DNA from: Raja brachyura
Lineage: Eukaryota
NCBI GenBank assembly: GCA_963514005.1
Contig: OY740807.1
Location: 23,994,001-24,058,000 of the forward strand
Direction: 5' to 3'
Length of the DNA stretch: 64,000 nt
Below, one piece after another: positions 50,340 to 63,840 of the stretch. The notes beneath the pieces are model-generated. The model did no database searches, was not told the origin of the DNA, and was given only the letters and a program-made list of their open reading frames with translations. A program made the position numbers and the translations under genes. Each line of letters begins with the position of its first letter. Positions within the stretch are counted from its first letter, which is position 1.

Positions 50340-52250
50340 CATGCTATGCATTGGCTTTGATGAGCCATCACCAAGATTGGTTTGTCATGAATAAAGCTGG
50401 TGTTCAGGACTTGGTTGATCAGAAAAGTAACGCTCATTGCATGTGGCAAAAAGATATCTCATGCCAGTATAAGAGTCTTACTAGTAGCTCAAGCCTGAAA
50501 CCCATGAGAAGTTCTGTGCATTAAAGACAAGTGGTGACAAGAAACTGCCTGGAGATCAAACTTAATGCTGACGAACATGACATGACAAGCTCTTTCCAGG
50601 TCGTGAGGGACAGTTATGGCTCAAGTACTGCTCCACTGCGAGCCAGCGATGGGTTGATGATCCTCAGGGAAAATGAAGCCATCAGAGTGAAATAAAGGAA
50701 CACTACTGACTCAGCTGTGACAGATGCTAACTTTGACATTTGATCTCTTGAAGATTATAACAGCATGTGGGTCACTGAGGAATTATCATGTTCTCTGAAG
50801 CAGAAAAAATATTTACCTGTATTGTCTTGCACCAACGGTTTCTCCTTGCTGAGGAAGTCCTGCAGCAATCTCGGTGGAGTTTCAAACCATCCCATATCTT
50901 TGTTGCACTTCAAATTTAGGAAAAATGTCAAGAACAAAATTAAGACCTGCATATAATCTTCCTTGATTTGATAAATACCTTTGATTCCACCAGTCATGCA
51001 TTGTTGGTGAGGAGGCTGACCAGATTTTATCTTCCTTTCAGAATTGATTAAGACCTATGGTAGTTCATGATCAGATGAATGGCACCATTCTCAGTAACGT
51101 CTTTAACACAGACCAAAAAGTCACTCAAAATGATGTCCAGTGAGGTTGTATTATTGGTTTGTCCCTGTTCTCTATCTTCCTACCAGTTATTCTTTCCCTC
51201 CATAAAAAAAGCCTTCCCATTGCAATTCATGTAGAGTGCACAATGGATGGTTCTGTAATCCGTCATCTCCGAATGAAGATGAGCATCCTGAACATCCATT
51301 GTTGTTCTCTAATAAGCTGATGATTATGTCATTCATGAGCAGAATGAGAAAGACCGTGAGTCCACATTGAATCCTTTTGCGCACTTTTCTTACTTTAATG
51401 CTATAGATGCTCATAAGCCTGACTCAGACCTTGCACATCATTCAATGCAAATACTGTTGTGACCTTAGAGATGGTTAAGTGCTTCTGTTACCTTAGAAGA
51501 TATTATTTTCAGTGCTATCGTCACCATTAAGATTCAGTACTGGATCCAGCGAAAACATGTTTCTTTTAGGAAGTTGCTCCAGCACATGCTTACTGAACAT
51601 ATTCTGTGGAAGGACTCCAAGATCCAAGTCTGTAATGTACTTGCCATCACGTAATCCTCTATTGCAAGATCTGGATGATTTAATGACAAAAGGGTGGAGA
51701 GTTACCATCAACAAGCACTCCTCAACTGAGAAGAATGCTGCACAATGTGACATTCACACTGAAGCCAATGTCACCATCAGTGAGGCACTAATCTTCTGGT
51801 ACCAGCACTGCTGGACTGAGCTTTGTGTGTGGATGTCAGATTCTCATCTCTCCAAGGCCCCTTATGTCTGGACACGCATGATCAGAGTACCCATGGTGGA
51901 CAGCAGAAATGCTACAAGAGAGTGTAACTCAAGAGACTTTTTATAGACATATCGTTGTGAACAGTAAACTGTCAATTGGTCTCAGTGGCTCCACAATCAC
52001 AATTAAGTAGTAACTTGCATGTAGAAAAAGAGCTTTACTAACAAAGCTGAAAAGAGGGAGAGTGAAGAAAGGAAATAGAAAGAACCACCTCCAGTAGACA
52101 GCTGACCTGCATGGCAATGTCTATATCTTCTGTGGCAAGTTAGCACTGCAACCTCAAGTTGTGGCAAGTTAGGAATTGCAACCTCAAGCTATTTCACGAC
52201 CTATATGCAAATCTGTGGTTAGGTCATCCTCTAATCAAGGGACTCCTGGT
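50340..52250 (+). mobile_element. Ancient RTE-clade LINE relic
   Basis: ANVTISEALI...CWTELCVWMSDSHLSKA resembles the RTE C-terminus (SIEA.L...QLRWAGHVxRMxDxRLPK); heavily decayed. Confidence 0.5.
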
Positions 52251-52498
52251 ACCACTGACATGAAAGTTCTGATTCATTTATAGTGACTGAGTTAAGTGGT
52301 ATTTTATTCCAGAGTCATTTGGCAGTTGATCATGTTCGAATAGGAATGCAGCAGCTTCCCATTAATCTTCTTAAAACACAATTAGTATGAATTATTTATA
52401 TTAATTACTGTACATTTCTATTATTTCTCACTTCCAGCTAACTGTTCAATTTTCTTCTTTAACTTTATGGATACCTGTTTCAGCCACAGTTTATGAAA

Positions 52499-53078
52499 TA
52501 ATAATAATAATAATAAGAAATACTTTATTGATCCCTTCAGGGAAATTCAGATGTCTAGAAGCCCCCAACCAACAAACCCATGCATTCAGAACGAAAGCAG
52601 ACAGAAAATCCATAAAATACAATACAGACAGTACCTGAGAGCAATAAATACTTAAAAAGACCAATAATTAACAATTAAAAATGCAAAAGCATCCCTCTAC
52701 AACCTAGCGGTAGGTATTATATAATCTAATGGCTGCAGGGGTGAAGGATCTGCTGAACCGCTCCTTTCTACAGGGCAGGGAGAGGGGCCGGTTGTTGTTC
52801 CGAGTGCTTTTTTGACTCTCCAGAATTTCATGGAGGGGATGCCCGGGGTTTTCTAGGCTTACCTGCACCTTGCGCCTCATACGCCTCTCAAGCACATCCA
52901 TCCCCGAGTCCACACTTGCAACCACAGTATTGTAAAACATGTACAGCATATCATTACGCACATTGAAGGATTTGAGCCTTCTGAGGAAAAAGAGTGTGCT
53001 CTGACCTTTTTTGTAGAGGGCGTCAGAGTTGACAGACCAGTCTAGTTTGTTATCAAGGTGCACTCCAAGATATTTATG
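52499..53078 (-). mobile_element. Rex1-type LINE 3' fragment with (TAT)n tail and an internal deletion
   Basis: KYLGVHLDNKLDWSVNSDALYKKGQSTLFFLRRLKSF...ERFSRSFTPAAIRLYN. Confidence 0.85.
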
Positions 53079-53400
53079 TCTGCACCACCTCAATGTCAGC
53101 CCCTGCAGCGTTGACCGGCTGAAGGGGGAGCTTGAAAGAAAATTATGTTTTCTGACTGCCCTCCGTTGACAATATTTTCCATTGTAGCTACATTTCAAGC
53201 GATCCCTCATTCTGCAAGATGTTGTATCTACGGAGAAAATATAATTAGTTTGGAATGGAAATTTAAATTGTGAGAGATAAAGAACGTTGGCTTTTTTACT
53301 TTGGAAAAGGGAAGAATATTAGTTCTTTGAACGATGGCAATTTTTAAAAAAAAGCAATAGAAAAAATTGAATCCAGGTAAATTGTTGACTGTGACAGAGC

Positions 53401-55487
53401 TAATAGAATAGAATAGTTTCTTTATTGTCATTGTAACATGAACCATGTACAACAAAATTTAAAAATGTCAGCCAGTCAGTGCACCATTCAAACCATAAAA
53501 GCTAATGATACATACAAGGTAAAATATTAAAAAAGATGATAAACAACTAAAATAAATATGAAATATAAAAACAGCACGCGTAAACACCCAACCCTACATC
53601 CTTCTGTCAATTTCACAGTGTACCAACCACAGTCCCTTAGTCCCTGCGTTCCTTGGCGGCTACATTTAGTGCCTTTATAGCAGTGGGGTAACAACTGTTT
53701 TTAAGTCTGTTTGTCCTTGTCCTTGTAGATCTGCACCGTCTGCCTGACGGCAACAGTTCAAACAGGGAGTGTCCGGGGTGGGAAATGTCCTTTATAATAT
53801 TCTGGGATTTTTTGATGCAGCGGGAACTGTGTAAGTCCTCCAAGGTAAGGAGAGGGCAGCCGACAATCCTCTGGGCGTTGTCAATGGCCCTCTGGAGCGC
53901 TTTCCTCTGAGCCGCTGTGCAGCTCGTGTACCACATGCATACACAGTATGTTAGGATGCTCTCAATGGAGCACCGATAAAAGGACAGCAGCAGTCTCTGT
54001 GTGATGTTATTCTTCCTGAGCACCCTCAGGAAGTGCAGTCTCTGCTGGACCTTTTTCAGCAGCGTAGAGGTGTTCACGCTCCACGTCAGGTCCTCCTCAA
54101 TATGGATTCCTAGGAAGCGGAAATCCGCCACCCTCTCCACACAGTCCCCTCTGATGATTAGTGGTACTATTTCGGTTTTGGTCTTCCTGAAGTCTATTAT
54201 TATCTCCTTGGTCTTTAAGGTGTTCAGGAGCAGGTTATTTTCTCCACACCACACTGTCAGCTGCTCCACCTCATCCCGATAGGCTCACTCGTCCCCCCCC
54301 GCAGATGAGCCCCACCACCGTAGTGTCATCCGCAAATTTGACAATGGTGTTGCTGTGGTGGGCGGAGGTACAGTCATGTGTGTAGATGGTGTAGAGCAGG
54401 GGGCTCAGCACGCAGCCCTGTGGAGAGCCGGTACTGAGGCTGAGGGCCATGGATGTGTGATGGCCCATTCTGACTCTCTGGCTGCGGCCCGACAGGAAGC
54501 TATTTATCCACATGCAGGTGGAGTGTGGAAGTCCCAAGTCCCCCCGTTTGTCCACCAGTTTGTGGGGAAGGATAGTATTAAAAGCAGAGCTGTAGTCCAC
54601 AAAGAGCATTCGCACATAGCTTCCCCGCTGCTCCAGGTGGGACAGTGCAGCATGGAGAGCTGTGGATACAGCGTCCTCTGTAGATCTATTTGCTCTGTAC
54701 GCAAACTGGTGGGGGTCAAAGCTTCGGGGCAGGAGTGATGTGATATGACCCCGGACAAGTTTTTCAAAGCACTTCATCACCACTGGTGTGGGTGCGACTG
54801 GCCGGTAGTCGTTGAGGCTGGAAATGTGGGTTTTTTTGGGCAAAGGGACTATGGTTGCGGACTTCAGACAGGGTGGGACAGTGGACTGGGCCAGAGACTG
54901 GTTAAAAATCCTCGTGAAGACTCCAGCCAGCTGGTCTGCGCAGTCCTTCAGCACGCGTCCAGAGACGCCGTCAGGTCCAGTAGCCTTCCTTGGATTGATG
55001 GCCCGCAGCGTGCGCCTCACCTCATGCTCTTCTATTTTGAGGGTTAGGCTACTGTAGACCATATAGTGTGTTGTGGCTGTCTCGGGTGGCTCCACTTCAA
55101 AGCGAGCAAAGAAGAGGTTCAGCTCCTCTGCCAACGAGGCGTCACCCTCAGCAGCTCCAAGGTTTGTCTTATAATTGGTGAGATACTAGATCCCCTGCCA
55201 CACCTGCCTGCTGTTGTTACTGTCCAGGTGGTCCTCTATCTTCCTCCTGTAGTCTGACTTGGCCTCTCTGATGCCTCTCTTCAGGTTAGCTCGGGCCGTG
55301 CTGTATAAAGCCCTATTGCCAGACCTAAAAGCAGTGTTCCTCTCTTTTAACAGCCGCTGGACCTCCCGGGTCATCCAGGGCTTCTGGTTGGGGTAGACCC
55401 GGATTTGTTTGTCCACTGTGACCGTGTCCATGCAATTTTTAATGTAACACAGTACACAGTCTGTGAACAATTCCAGGTCCCGGTGTT
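53401..55487 (-). mobile_element. Young 5'-truncated Rex1/Babar LINE (~2.1 kb) with a near-complete RT broken by frameshifts
   Basis: ORFs 55186-55470, 54271-55134 (YRPVA, QFAYR, FVDYSSAFNT, GSPQGCVLSP, KFADD) and 53637-54269 (FRFLG, RFLRVLRK-like end); (CTATT)n tail. Confidence 0.93.
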
Positions 55488-55757
55488 ATAGCCAGTCACA
55501 TGTCAGATTGAGTTGGATGGTTGTAAGGATGTTCAGTGGACCAGAAATACCAGTGGTTATGTTCCTGAGCAGCCTCGAGTGGAGTCTGATTCAAAAATGA
55601 ACAATTTTTACTTGACCAAGGAACTCTGCATCTGTGTCCATAGCAAGGCAGACACAGCAGCAGAAGAAACCAACATCAAGAATTGTGAAAGTGCATTCAA
55701 AAAGTAATAGAGAATTCCATGTCTTTGTGGGCCATGCAAAAAGTACATTGACAGGTG

Positions 55758-55873
55758 AAATATGTATTGTCGGAGAGAGGCCTGAAGAGAGGTGTCGACC
55801 CGAAAAGTCACCCATTCCTTCTCTCCAGAGATGCTGCCTGTCCCGCTGAGTTACTCCAGCTTTTTGTGTTTAT
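55758..55873 (+). mobile_element. Penelope-derived short element
   Basis: CTGAAGA-GAGGTGTCGACCC-GAAAAGTC from 55782; probable TSD CA[T/A]TGACAGGTG at 55746-55757 and 55874-55885. Confidence 0.75.
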
Positions 55874-56622
55874 CAATGACAGGTGTAGTTGTTCTGAGAA
55901 GATGTATTAGCATAGTTGTTGTATTAATGGAGGACTGGTCTGGTTTGTTTGGTTGTAAGGTATTGTTCTGTGTTTGAGCACTAACCTTTCAAAAACATTT
56001 TCTCATTCTGATTGTGTTTTGAGCATAAGTTCAGGTTCAAATTCCAATATAGAATTATGTGTTTTCAAAATTAAATTCTTCCGAAGGATTATTTGTACTA
56101 ATATGTGAAATTACACAGTCCTCCCAAGTATTAAAGGAATGTTGCCAACCTGTCAGATAGCTTTCTCTAAAAGGAGCACAATAAATTCCAAGTATGGTCT
56201 CTGATGTTAATTTTAGCAACAGCAGCTACCAGATGTTCGACATCCTTTTCCACACCAGTGCCTTTAAACGTATGTAAGCTTATTCCCCGAAAACATCTAA
56301 ACTCTCCACAATGTTTCTAAATGGAGTTTACTACGCACGTTTTATGCAGTCAGGCTAATAAGCAAAAATACTTGCATTACAAATAAGCCCCATAGACAGT
56401 AACACAATGCTGGAAATAAAAATAGAACGTTACTAGAAATATTCAGCAGGTCTTGTGGTGTCCAAGAAGAGGCCTAACAACCTTTCATCAGAACTGAAAA
56501 TCCTAAAGTGCAAATTTCTGTGCATTGGTTCACTTTGTAATGCGATTGCCGAAACATTTCTGGCTCAGAATTTTTAAATTTGTTTTTAATGCTCTTTCTC
56601 ACCTTTTTTTGATTCCATGTAG

Positions 56623-56699
56623 AATCCCAGATTCCCAGGCAATCTTCAGATGACCGACAGACAACTCGAGGAAACAGGGGAAAATGATGTAAATAATTT
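56623..56699 (+). CDS. HIP1: HIP1 coding exon (likely exon 6): NPRFPGNLQMTDRQLEETGENDVNNF
   Basis: TAG acceptor and GTAAGT donor at 56700; 77 nt, ends in phase 2; matches HIP1 NPRFPGNLQMSDRQLDEAGESDVNNF. Confidence 0.95.
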
Positions 56700-57167
56700 G
56701 TAAGTATTGTGATTTATTTTGCTTCATCTAAAGTCAAGTAATTGTTTTTATGTTTTCAACGTAGCATGGTTTCCCACGTTACTGCAAGGGAGAGTTGCCA
56801 AATAAAAAATGATTACTTGAGAAGATAAAGAATAGATGAAACATGATTTATTACCTTATCTTTAAAAGATTGGCTAATTATTCAATTAGTTCAGAGATGC
56901 TCAGTTTCAGCTGAGCTCTTTTCGAAAGTGTTTACATTCATTGTGCAGTTCTGAAGGTTTTATGGAAAACAGATTAGTCTATTAGTCTGTTTTGAGCATC
57001 TTGATATACTCGTGTATGGTGTGCTTGGATCGTGCATACAAATATGTTTATCGGTTAATGTTACAATAATAAACTATTACCAAACTGTATATTTGCACAT
57101 TCCTAACAGCGGACTGCAATTAAATAAAAGTAAATATTAATGATAAAGAAGATCAGAATTCATGATG

Positions 57168-57254
57168 GAACGAGCAACTGCAGATGCTGGTTTACAAAAA
57201 GTTTGAGGTTTTTACAAAAAGGTGACGTTTCGGGTTGAGACTCTTCTTCAGACT
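57168..57254 (-). mobile_element. Internally deleted Penelope-derived unit with hammerhead core
   Basis: Reverse complement reads AGTCTGAAGAAGAGTCTCAACCCGAAACGTCACC. Confidence 0.72.
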
Positions 57255-58928
57255 TGAGTGAAATAGAATTGGTGTTCTGGTTGCTACAATGTCAGATTCT
57301 ATTCCGTATTCAGTGAGAGCATAGGCTTGTTAAAGGTATTCTGTAAGGTTTCCTGTAATCAAGACTGCGGATCAGTCTTGACTAAATCAAATTGAATTTA
57401 GATAGCACAATTTTGAAGTACCTGTTTTTTGGGCAATTGTATTCTGTTCAATTATTTAAGTTTTCAACTGAATGAAAACTAGTGACTTTCTAATTGTAAA
57501 GAATTTGCTAAAGAGAATAAATTCATGCAGCTCAAATCTTTTTTTTGCGTGTCTTCTTGGGAAGTTTTCCAAATTCCTTTGAGCAAATTGATTAATCAGG
57601 TTAACGTATACTTTTTGACCAGCTGAAGGCCACCATGCATAAGGATTTCCAAACCAGTTTACTGAGAATGGCACTTTAATTGAGATTACATTTCATAAAA
57701 TGGAGAACACAATCTATCCCTGTGTACACACTTATATTTATGTAATATGGTAAGGATTTCATTTTAATTAATGCCGTATTATGTGACTAGATCAGCTTAT
57801 TACCTCCCATATATGTTTGAACAACTTGGGTTTCCCATTAGGTTGGTTCCTGGAGTGAAGTTTATTTACTTTGACGTGCATTACTTTGACAGAAGGCAAT
57901 TTTTTAAACTCTTTTGCTTTCAAGCTGAATTGGTTATCATTCATTGCCTCAATCTTCCAGATCAAGGAGGTAGCTTCTCCTTCAAGTTTGACTTCTTCAA
58001 CCTCAAACCTGGCCACTAAAATTGGACAATATTGGTTTCCTTCTTGTCTTCCTTAGTGAAAAGCAGATAGCTCATTCAGGAAGAAAAACACCAAGCAAAC
58101 GGACATGTACAGTCTGTTGCACAGGTTACACGAGGATAGATAACCTAAGAGTGAGTTTGACTCTTAATCATGGCAGAATTGTTAATTTACTATAAGACCA
58201 GTGGCACAAAATTCACAGAATCCCTTGTTGTGAAAACATACTACGTTTGTTCTTATATTTCAGTATGTATAAAATATGTGGCTAATTTGTTAATAGGGCC
58301 TTAATCCTGTTCATAATTTATCACCCTTCCAGTGCAATGCCATGTCACTGCACCTGTCTCCAGTTCTATTTGTTCCTTATCTCGGTTAGTTCCCCTTGGA
58401 GATGGTCAGCCCATCTTCACCATCACATTCTCTTCCTTAATCTTTGCTCTGTGTTCTAACTGCCAAGACAATTCCAAGAAGGAGAAATATTTTCCATAAT
58501 TCAGCAGCAATAAAAAAATAACTAATTACTACAACTTAGAATCTGACCCAGCCCATCTGCTGTAACTTCAGGTTGTTTTCAGATCATTTGTCGTCTATTA
58601 AATATTTACTCAGCCAGAGTCAAATGCTCTGAAATGCTCCACGACACCCCTCAGACCTGGCGTTTATAATATCTCTCTTAAAACATCATTACCTGCATTC
58701 TGTTTGGTCATGTTAATTCTCACAGCTCCACATTCAACAGGCACAATTGATTCATTTTGCAATTTATTTTCAATATGATGTTTTTGTTTATCATTCCCCG
58801 TGAATTATGTTTGATTCATCTTCGCAAACTCAATCAGCTACATGTTCCTGATTCTGATTATAATTTGGCGCTACCTGTATCTCTATGTCTGCAACACACT
58901 CATTTGCGAGGAATGCCAAATTTCCTTA

Positions 58929-59502
58929 AGGGCCTGTCCCACCAGCATGCAACTCTATGTGATGAGCGCGACCTAACGTGGTCGCTTGAGCCGTCCGGCG
59001 TCGCGGGGCCGGTCCCACTTCGATCGCCGGAGCCGTGCGGAATTGTGCGGAGTTCGTCCCGACATCGGCGGGTTCCGAAAAACTGACTATGTTCAAAAAT
59101 TCCGCGCGGCAACGGCTTGTCAGCTCGCAGTCACCTCGACGCATTACACACCGTCTCAACGTCGTGCCTCCGTGACCCTCTCTGTAGGTGCCTCCGTGAC
59201 CCTCTATGTGTGTGGCTCCGTGGCCCTGTGTGTGTGCCTCTGTGCCCCTCTCTGTGTGCCCCTCTCTGTCGTGGCGAACTTACCTTTAAGACTTCGCTCC
59301 AAGTTCGCCTCACTTTGCGCCGCGTTGCGCCACTCACCCGACCTCCGCGCGGCCCTCGCTGCCGGTTTGGTCGCGCTTGCCGCATGCAGGCGCATGCTGG
59401 TGGGAACGGCTCTGTACAGGGATCACCCGACCTCCGCGCAGCCCCCGCTTCTAGTTTGATCGCGCTCATCGCATGGAGTCGGATGCTGGTAGGACAGGCC
59501 CT
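58929..59502. mobile_element. PIF/Harbinger-type MITE, CpG-rich
   Basis: TIR AGGGCCTGTCCCACCAGCAT / ATGCTGGTAGGACAGGCCCT; TTA TSD on both sides; internal GTGCCTCCGTGACCCT-type repeats. Confidence 0.87.
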
Positions 59503-61591
59503 TTAGTCTTCCAAAAACATAAGGCTCTCCTGCATTTTAACGATGATGCTGTCTGGTCTAAGAAAATAAAATTTAAAAAAGAGACAAGGTGAGGGTGTAT
59601 TTTAATTCATTTGGACTACAGGAAGAAAAAATACTTAAGTCTGTTCAGTAATTAAAGGAGTGAAATAAATGAGGGGCCACAAAAAAAATTGGGCTGTAAG
59701 TTGAGGTAGAAAAAAAATGCTCATCAACATCTGTTTGGATAGAATGGAAGGAAAAGATTCGGAAGTGCGAAAATGTTGGACTGTTAGAATTGAATGACTT
59801 TTTTCTATGTTCTGTATTTTTTTGCTTTAGTTCCATCTTTAGGCTTTTTTAATTGTATTCCATATAGCATTAGGATGGTTCTACTGGCATAATTCATTAT
59901 GAAATGCCCGTCCAGAATTAATTGGCAAGTGAACTGTTCACTAAAGTAGGCATCTCTTGATGCAGTGAAGTAACTTAAATTTACAGTATCATCGAATAAT
60001 GAGTATTGGGTGAGGAGCAGCTGTGCTTTGGTGTGTATAGAAGCCTGCGAACGGTGAATAAATAACCAGATGTATTTCTTCATCTTTGGTATTTGGAAGA
60101 AAGTTACAATGGCAAAAAATAGAATTCAAATTGATCATGTTTATAAGTCAACCCAAAAATAGAATTATAGGAAGCCATATCGGTATTGTAATCCACTATC
60201 TTTGCATGTATTGGGGACTCTTGTGCAGTGACACTACAGTGGTGTCAGACTGGATTCACCACGTAACACAGGGAAACTCATAGCATCTATCGAGTGAAAC
60301 CACTTGCTTACAAATCTCTCTCTCGGCTCGATTTCTGTCAGGATTGGTAATGGAAATAATGATGCCTATATGGTAAGTTTCAAAGGAATTTAGATGTTTT
60401 TTGGCTGTGAAAGAACCTACAGCTGTTTAAATAAATCGACAGCCGGCACATTATTCAGGTAAAGAGCTCAGACGCAATTCTTACCCGTTCTCTAAAAATA
60501 TCCCTGAAACTGTGTTGGGTCCCAAGAATAAGAGTGATATTCTTCATAACAGTTATCATTCATAAAACAGTTGAAGGACAGTTACTAATTATTGCTTTGT
60601 GTGCAGTAGTTTTGTATGAAGAATGTTTCATGTTGCAGCAATGCCTTGTGAAGCACTTTTAACAGTGAGAGTGATTCAGCTTAGACAGTGTTTTCTCAAT
60701 GTGTTTCTTTCAACTTTGTGCATGGCATTATGTCATATTGGCTTCGCTGTGCTGGAAGTGATTTCATTTCCTAAACATCCCATTGAACTACTCCTTCATA
60801 TCATAGGTTTCAACGGGGGTCATTCTCAATGTGTTAGTGTTTGTCTAGTCTGGAAATTGGTTGTTCTACCACTCCCAACAAAACAGAAATTGTTGTTTTT
60901 ATCGTTGCTTGTTAATTAAATCGTGCATTCTTTCTTTGCTAGATATAAAATATAAGGAGACTAAAGAAATGGGAAAATGCTCTCGAGAATGTACTTAGCT
61001 AAAAGGCAATGTGCCAAATATTAATGGATGCCCCTTGCACAGACAATTTGTAATGTGGGCATTCAGCAGTGCAAAACATTTGGCCATCCAATCTCTGTTA
61101 TTACAACATTATGTTAACCTGCAGTAAGCAAGTATTTCATAGCCTGACATGTTCAAAGACAGCTCCATTTTAGGGCTGTACCCTTTAGTTATTTTCCATA
61201 TTTCATTTGGGTCATCAAATCTATGCCAACTCTTTACAGTCATATGTTCCATACCCCACTTACAGGTCTGTAACCTCCCACATATGCCCTCCCCCCCCCC
61301 CCCCCCCCCCCCCCACACACTCCACCACAATTCTCCCACTGTTCACCTGCACTAGAGGTAGTTTACAGTAACCTATTAATCTGGCTACCAGCAAGCCTTT
61401 GGGGTGTGGGAGGAAACAGGAGCAACAGGAAATCCACACAGTCACAGGGAGAATGTGCAAAAGCCACATTGACACCCTTAGGGGTTAGAATCAAACCTGG
61501 ATCACTGGAGTTAGGTGGTAGCACTGGCGTGGAGTTCAAAAGAAAACTACTGTTCATTGACTTTTCACCGAGCAATTGGAAAACAAATACA

Positions 61592-61723
61592 GTTGAGGAG
61601 GGATCCTGACCTGAAACGTTATCTGTCCACACCCTTCATAAATGCTGCCTGTCTCGGTCAGTTCCTCTAGCACTTTGTGTTATGTTCAAGATTCCAGCAT
61701 CTGTATATAGTTCCTTGTACCTC
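61592..61723 (+). mobile_element. Penelope-derived unit, older subfamily
   Basis: TTGAGGAGGGATCCTGACCTGAAACGTT...ATGCTGCCTG...CCAGCATCTG. Confidence 0.6.
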
Positions 61724-62129
61724 AACTATTGAAGTAAAGTTTAGTTGATGTTATTTTTCCTAAATGAAGACCTGACCTTTATTTGGCAATGCCTCACTAT
61801 GGTGCCTGTGTAATTTTAACTTTGATGAAGTGCAGGTACAGACAGGCAATAAATTTCTGTTCAACATTTTAAAGAGTGGTTCTTTTTGCAAAACATTTGG
61901 CAGGATTGGAATCCTTGACTTGTACGTTGCGTGTAATGAGGATACTTGTTACAGGAATGTAAGAGACCACTTTAGGTAAAAGCACATTTTGAACGTAATT
62001 TGTGTTAATTGAACATTAAACACTGGCATTAGATGTGAAGATAAATGGTGCACACAGCTATAATTTACCACTAGATTGAGGATAGTTATTTTTTCTAACT
62101 TATTTAGTTTTCCATCATAACCCATACAT

Positions 62130-62610
62130 TCTAAGTAACAAAGTAAGCATGCGGGTACAGCAGGCAGTGAAGAAAGCGAATGGCATGTTGGTTCAACGTA
62201 TCATCACAAATTGCCGTGAATATAACCCCCCTGAAAGCGAGTACTGCAAATGTGCCAACATGCTGGAGAAATTTTTCTACTTCAAGATTAAGTAGAAAAA
62301 CAATCTTGTTCATAACAAGAGGAGTTGAGTATAGGACCAAAGAGGTCCTTGTGCAGTTGTGCAGGGCCCTAGTGAGACCACACCTGGAGTATTGTGGTCT
62401 CCAAAAGTGAGGAAGGACATTCTTGCTATTGAGGGAGTGCAGTATACGTTCACGAGGCTAATCCCCGGGATGGCGGGACTGTCATATGTTGATAGATTGG
62501 AGCGGCTGGGCTTGTCTACTCTGGAACTTAGAAGGATGAGAGGGAATCATATTGAAACATATAAGATTATTAAGGGTTTGGACACTCTAGAGGCAGGAAA
62601 CATGGTGCCA
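62130..62610 (+). mobile_element. CR1 LINE RT C-terminal fragment
   Basis: RGVEYRTKEVLVQLCRALVRPHLEYC; KDILAIEGVQYTFTRLIPGMAGLSYVDRLERLGL. Confidence 0.88.
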
Positions 62611-63840
62611 ATGTATTATCTATTATCAATCTCTCTGCACAATGTTGAGTATTTTGCCCATTTCATCTTGCCAGGGAGAATACCATTGCTATATTTTCCA
62701 TGCATTACAAATTCCTTCTTGACATTGATTCTAAATTAGCCCAAACTATTTTTGATTTGTGAGAATGCAAATAGCCTGCCAAAGGCTAACTGAGTGAACA
62801 AGATGAAGTTTAGTATGGGAAGAGTGTGAGCTTCTTTACTGTGAATGACAGAATAGAAAAACAAAGTATTTTCTACAAGTGAGAAACAGGCATATATGAT
62901 TGTACAGAATGAGCTTCACTTTCTGGTTCATGACCATAGAAAATAAGTATGAAGATACAGGAGCTAATTGGGAAGGCAAGTAATATCGTGGCCTTCCTTG
63001 CAAAGTGAATGGTAGACAAAATTGAAGAGTGGTAAACCATTGGCAATCTCTAGTTTAGTGTGTTGTGGCCATAAGTATATTCAAGGCTGATATAAATATT
63101 TGGACACTGAAGGGGTCCATGGTTATGGCAACCAGGTGATAAGGTTGTCTGCACTGAAGGATCAGCTGTTGGTATTTTAGATGAGAGGATTCTTCCTGTA
63201 TTGGAGGAACAGGTTTTGGTAGCCTGTAATTTAGCCACAGTGGTATTTCTTATATTCGTTTTGCCATGTTGTTGTAATGTCTTTTTCAAATAGTCCTCGT
63301 CGAACTTGACTAATACTGATGACACCAGCTCTGAACTGATTTGGTTCATTGCTCCCCCCATAATCCTTTCAGCATTGCTCTCCAAGTTAATGATCAAAGG
63401 ATCTATTATGCACTGTTCCAGTTTACGTTTCCATCTCGCTGCTTTCTCATCTCTATTAAAGGCCAATTGCATTGCAAGAATCACATTTTCTTTGACTAAT
63501 AAATTTTTTTAAAAAGTCATTTTATTCCCAATTAATTAATATTAGCTCACCACCATTCTCCTTCTTGCAGTACATTAAAACAATGATCCTTTGGATTTAC
63601 ACGTTGAATCTTCCACAAGATTCTTGTGGGCCCTTCCACACTAAGTGAGTTCTTGATAAAGGTGACCTTTGAGGGAATATTATGATCTGCACGTCTCCTG
63701 ATTGATTTTGGAAGATAGTGTTGTGCAAATTATCCTCCTGGTGCAAAACAGCCTCTGCACTCAGTTGCTTCCAGGTGGTCTGGCAGCATTGCTCAAGATT
63801 GGGTGTTGGCCCAGGTCCTTGCCTTATCATTAATTCTAAG

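Noticed and set aside
52131-52189. 29-bp tandem duplication as a functional element
   Set aside because: Local duplication within a decayed LINE 3' region with no further support
53637-55470. RT ORFs as a retron, group II intron or active element
   Set aside because: Motifs and (CTATT)n tail are those of a Rex1/Babar LINE; it is 5'-truncated, frameshifted and lacks the endonuclease
24019-56699. Assignment of the exons to HIP1R, PICALM or SNAP91
   Set aside because: Diagnostic residues (TCILG, QTFWSVVNRLPLSSN, NELSDMSRMWGHLSEGYG, NPRFPGNLQM) match HIP1, not the paralogues
59165-59270. Short spaced repeats as a CRISPR-like array
   Set aside because: Degenerate minisatellite inside a MITE; no unique spacers, no cas genes, eukaryotic context
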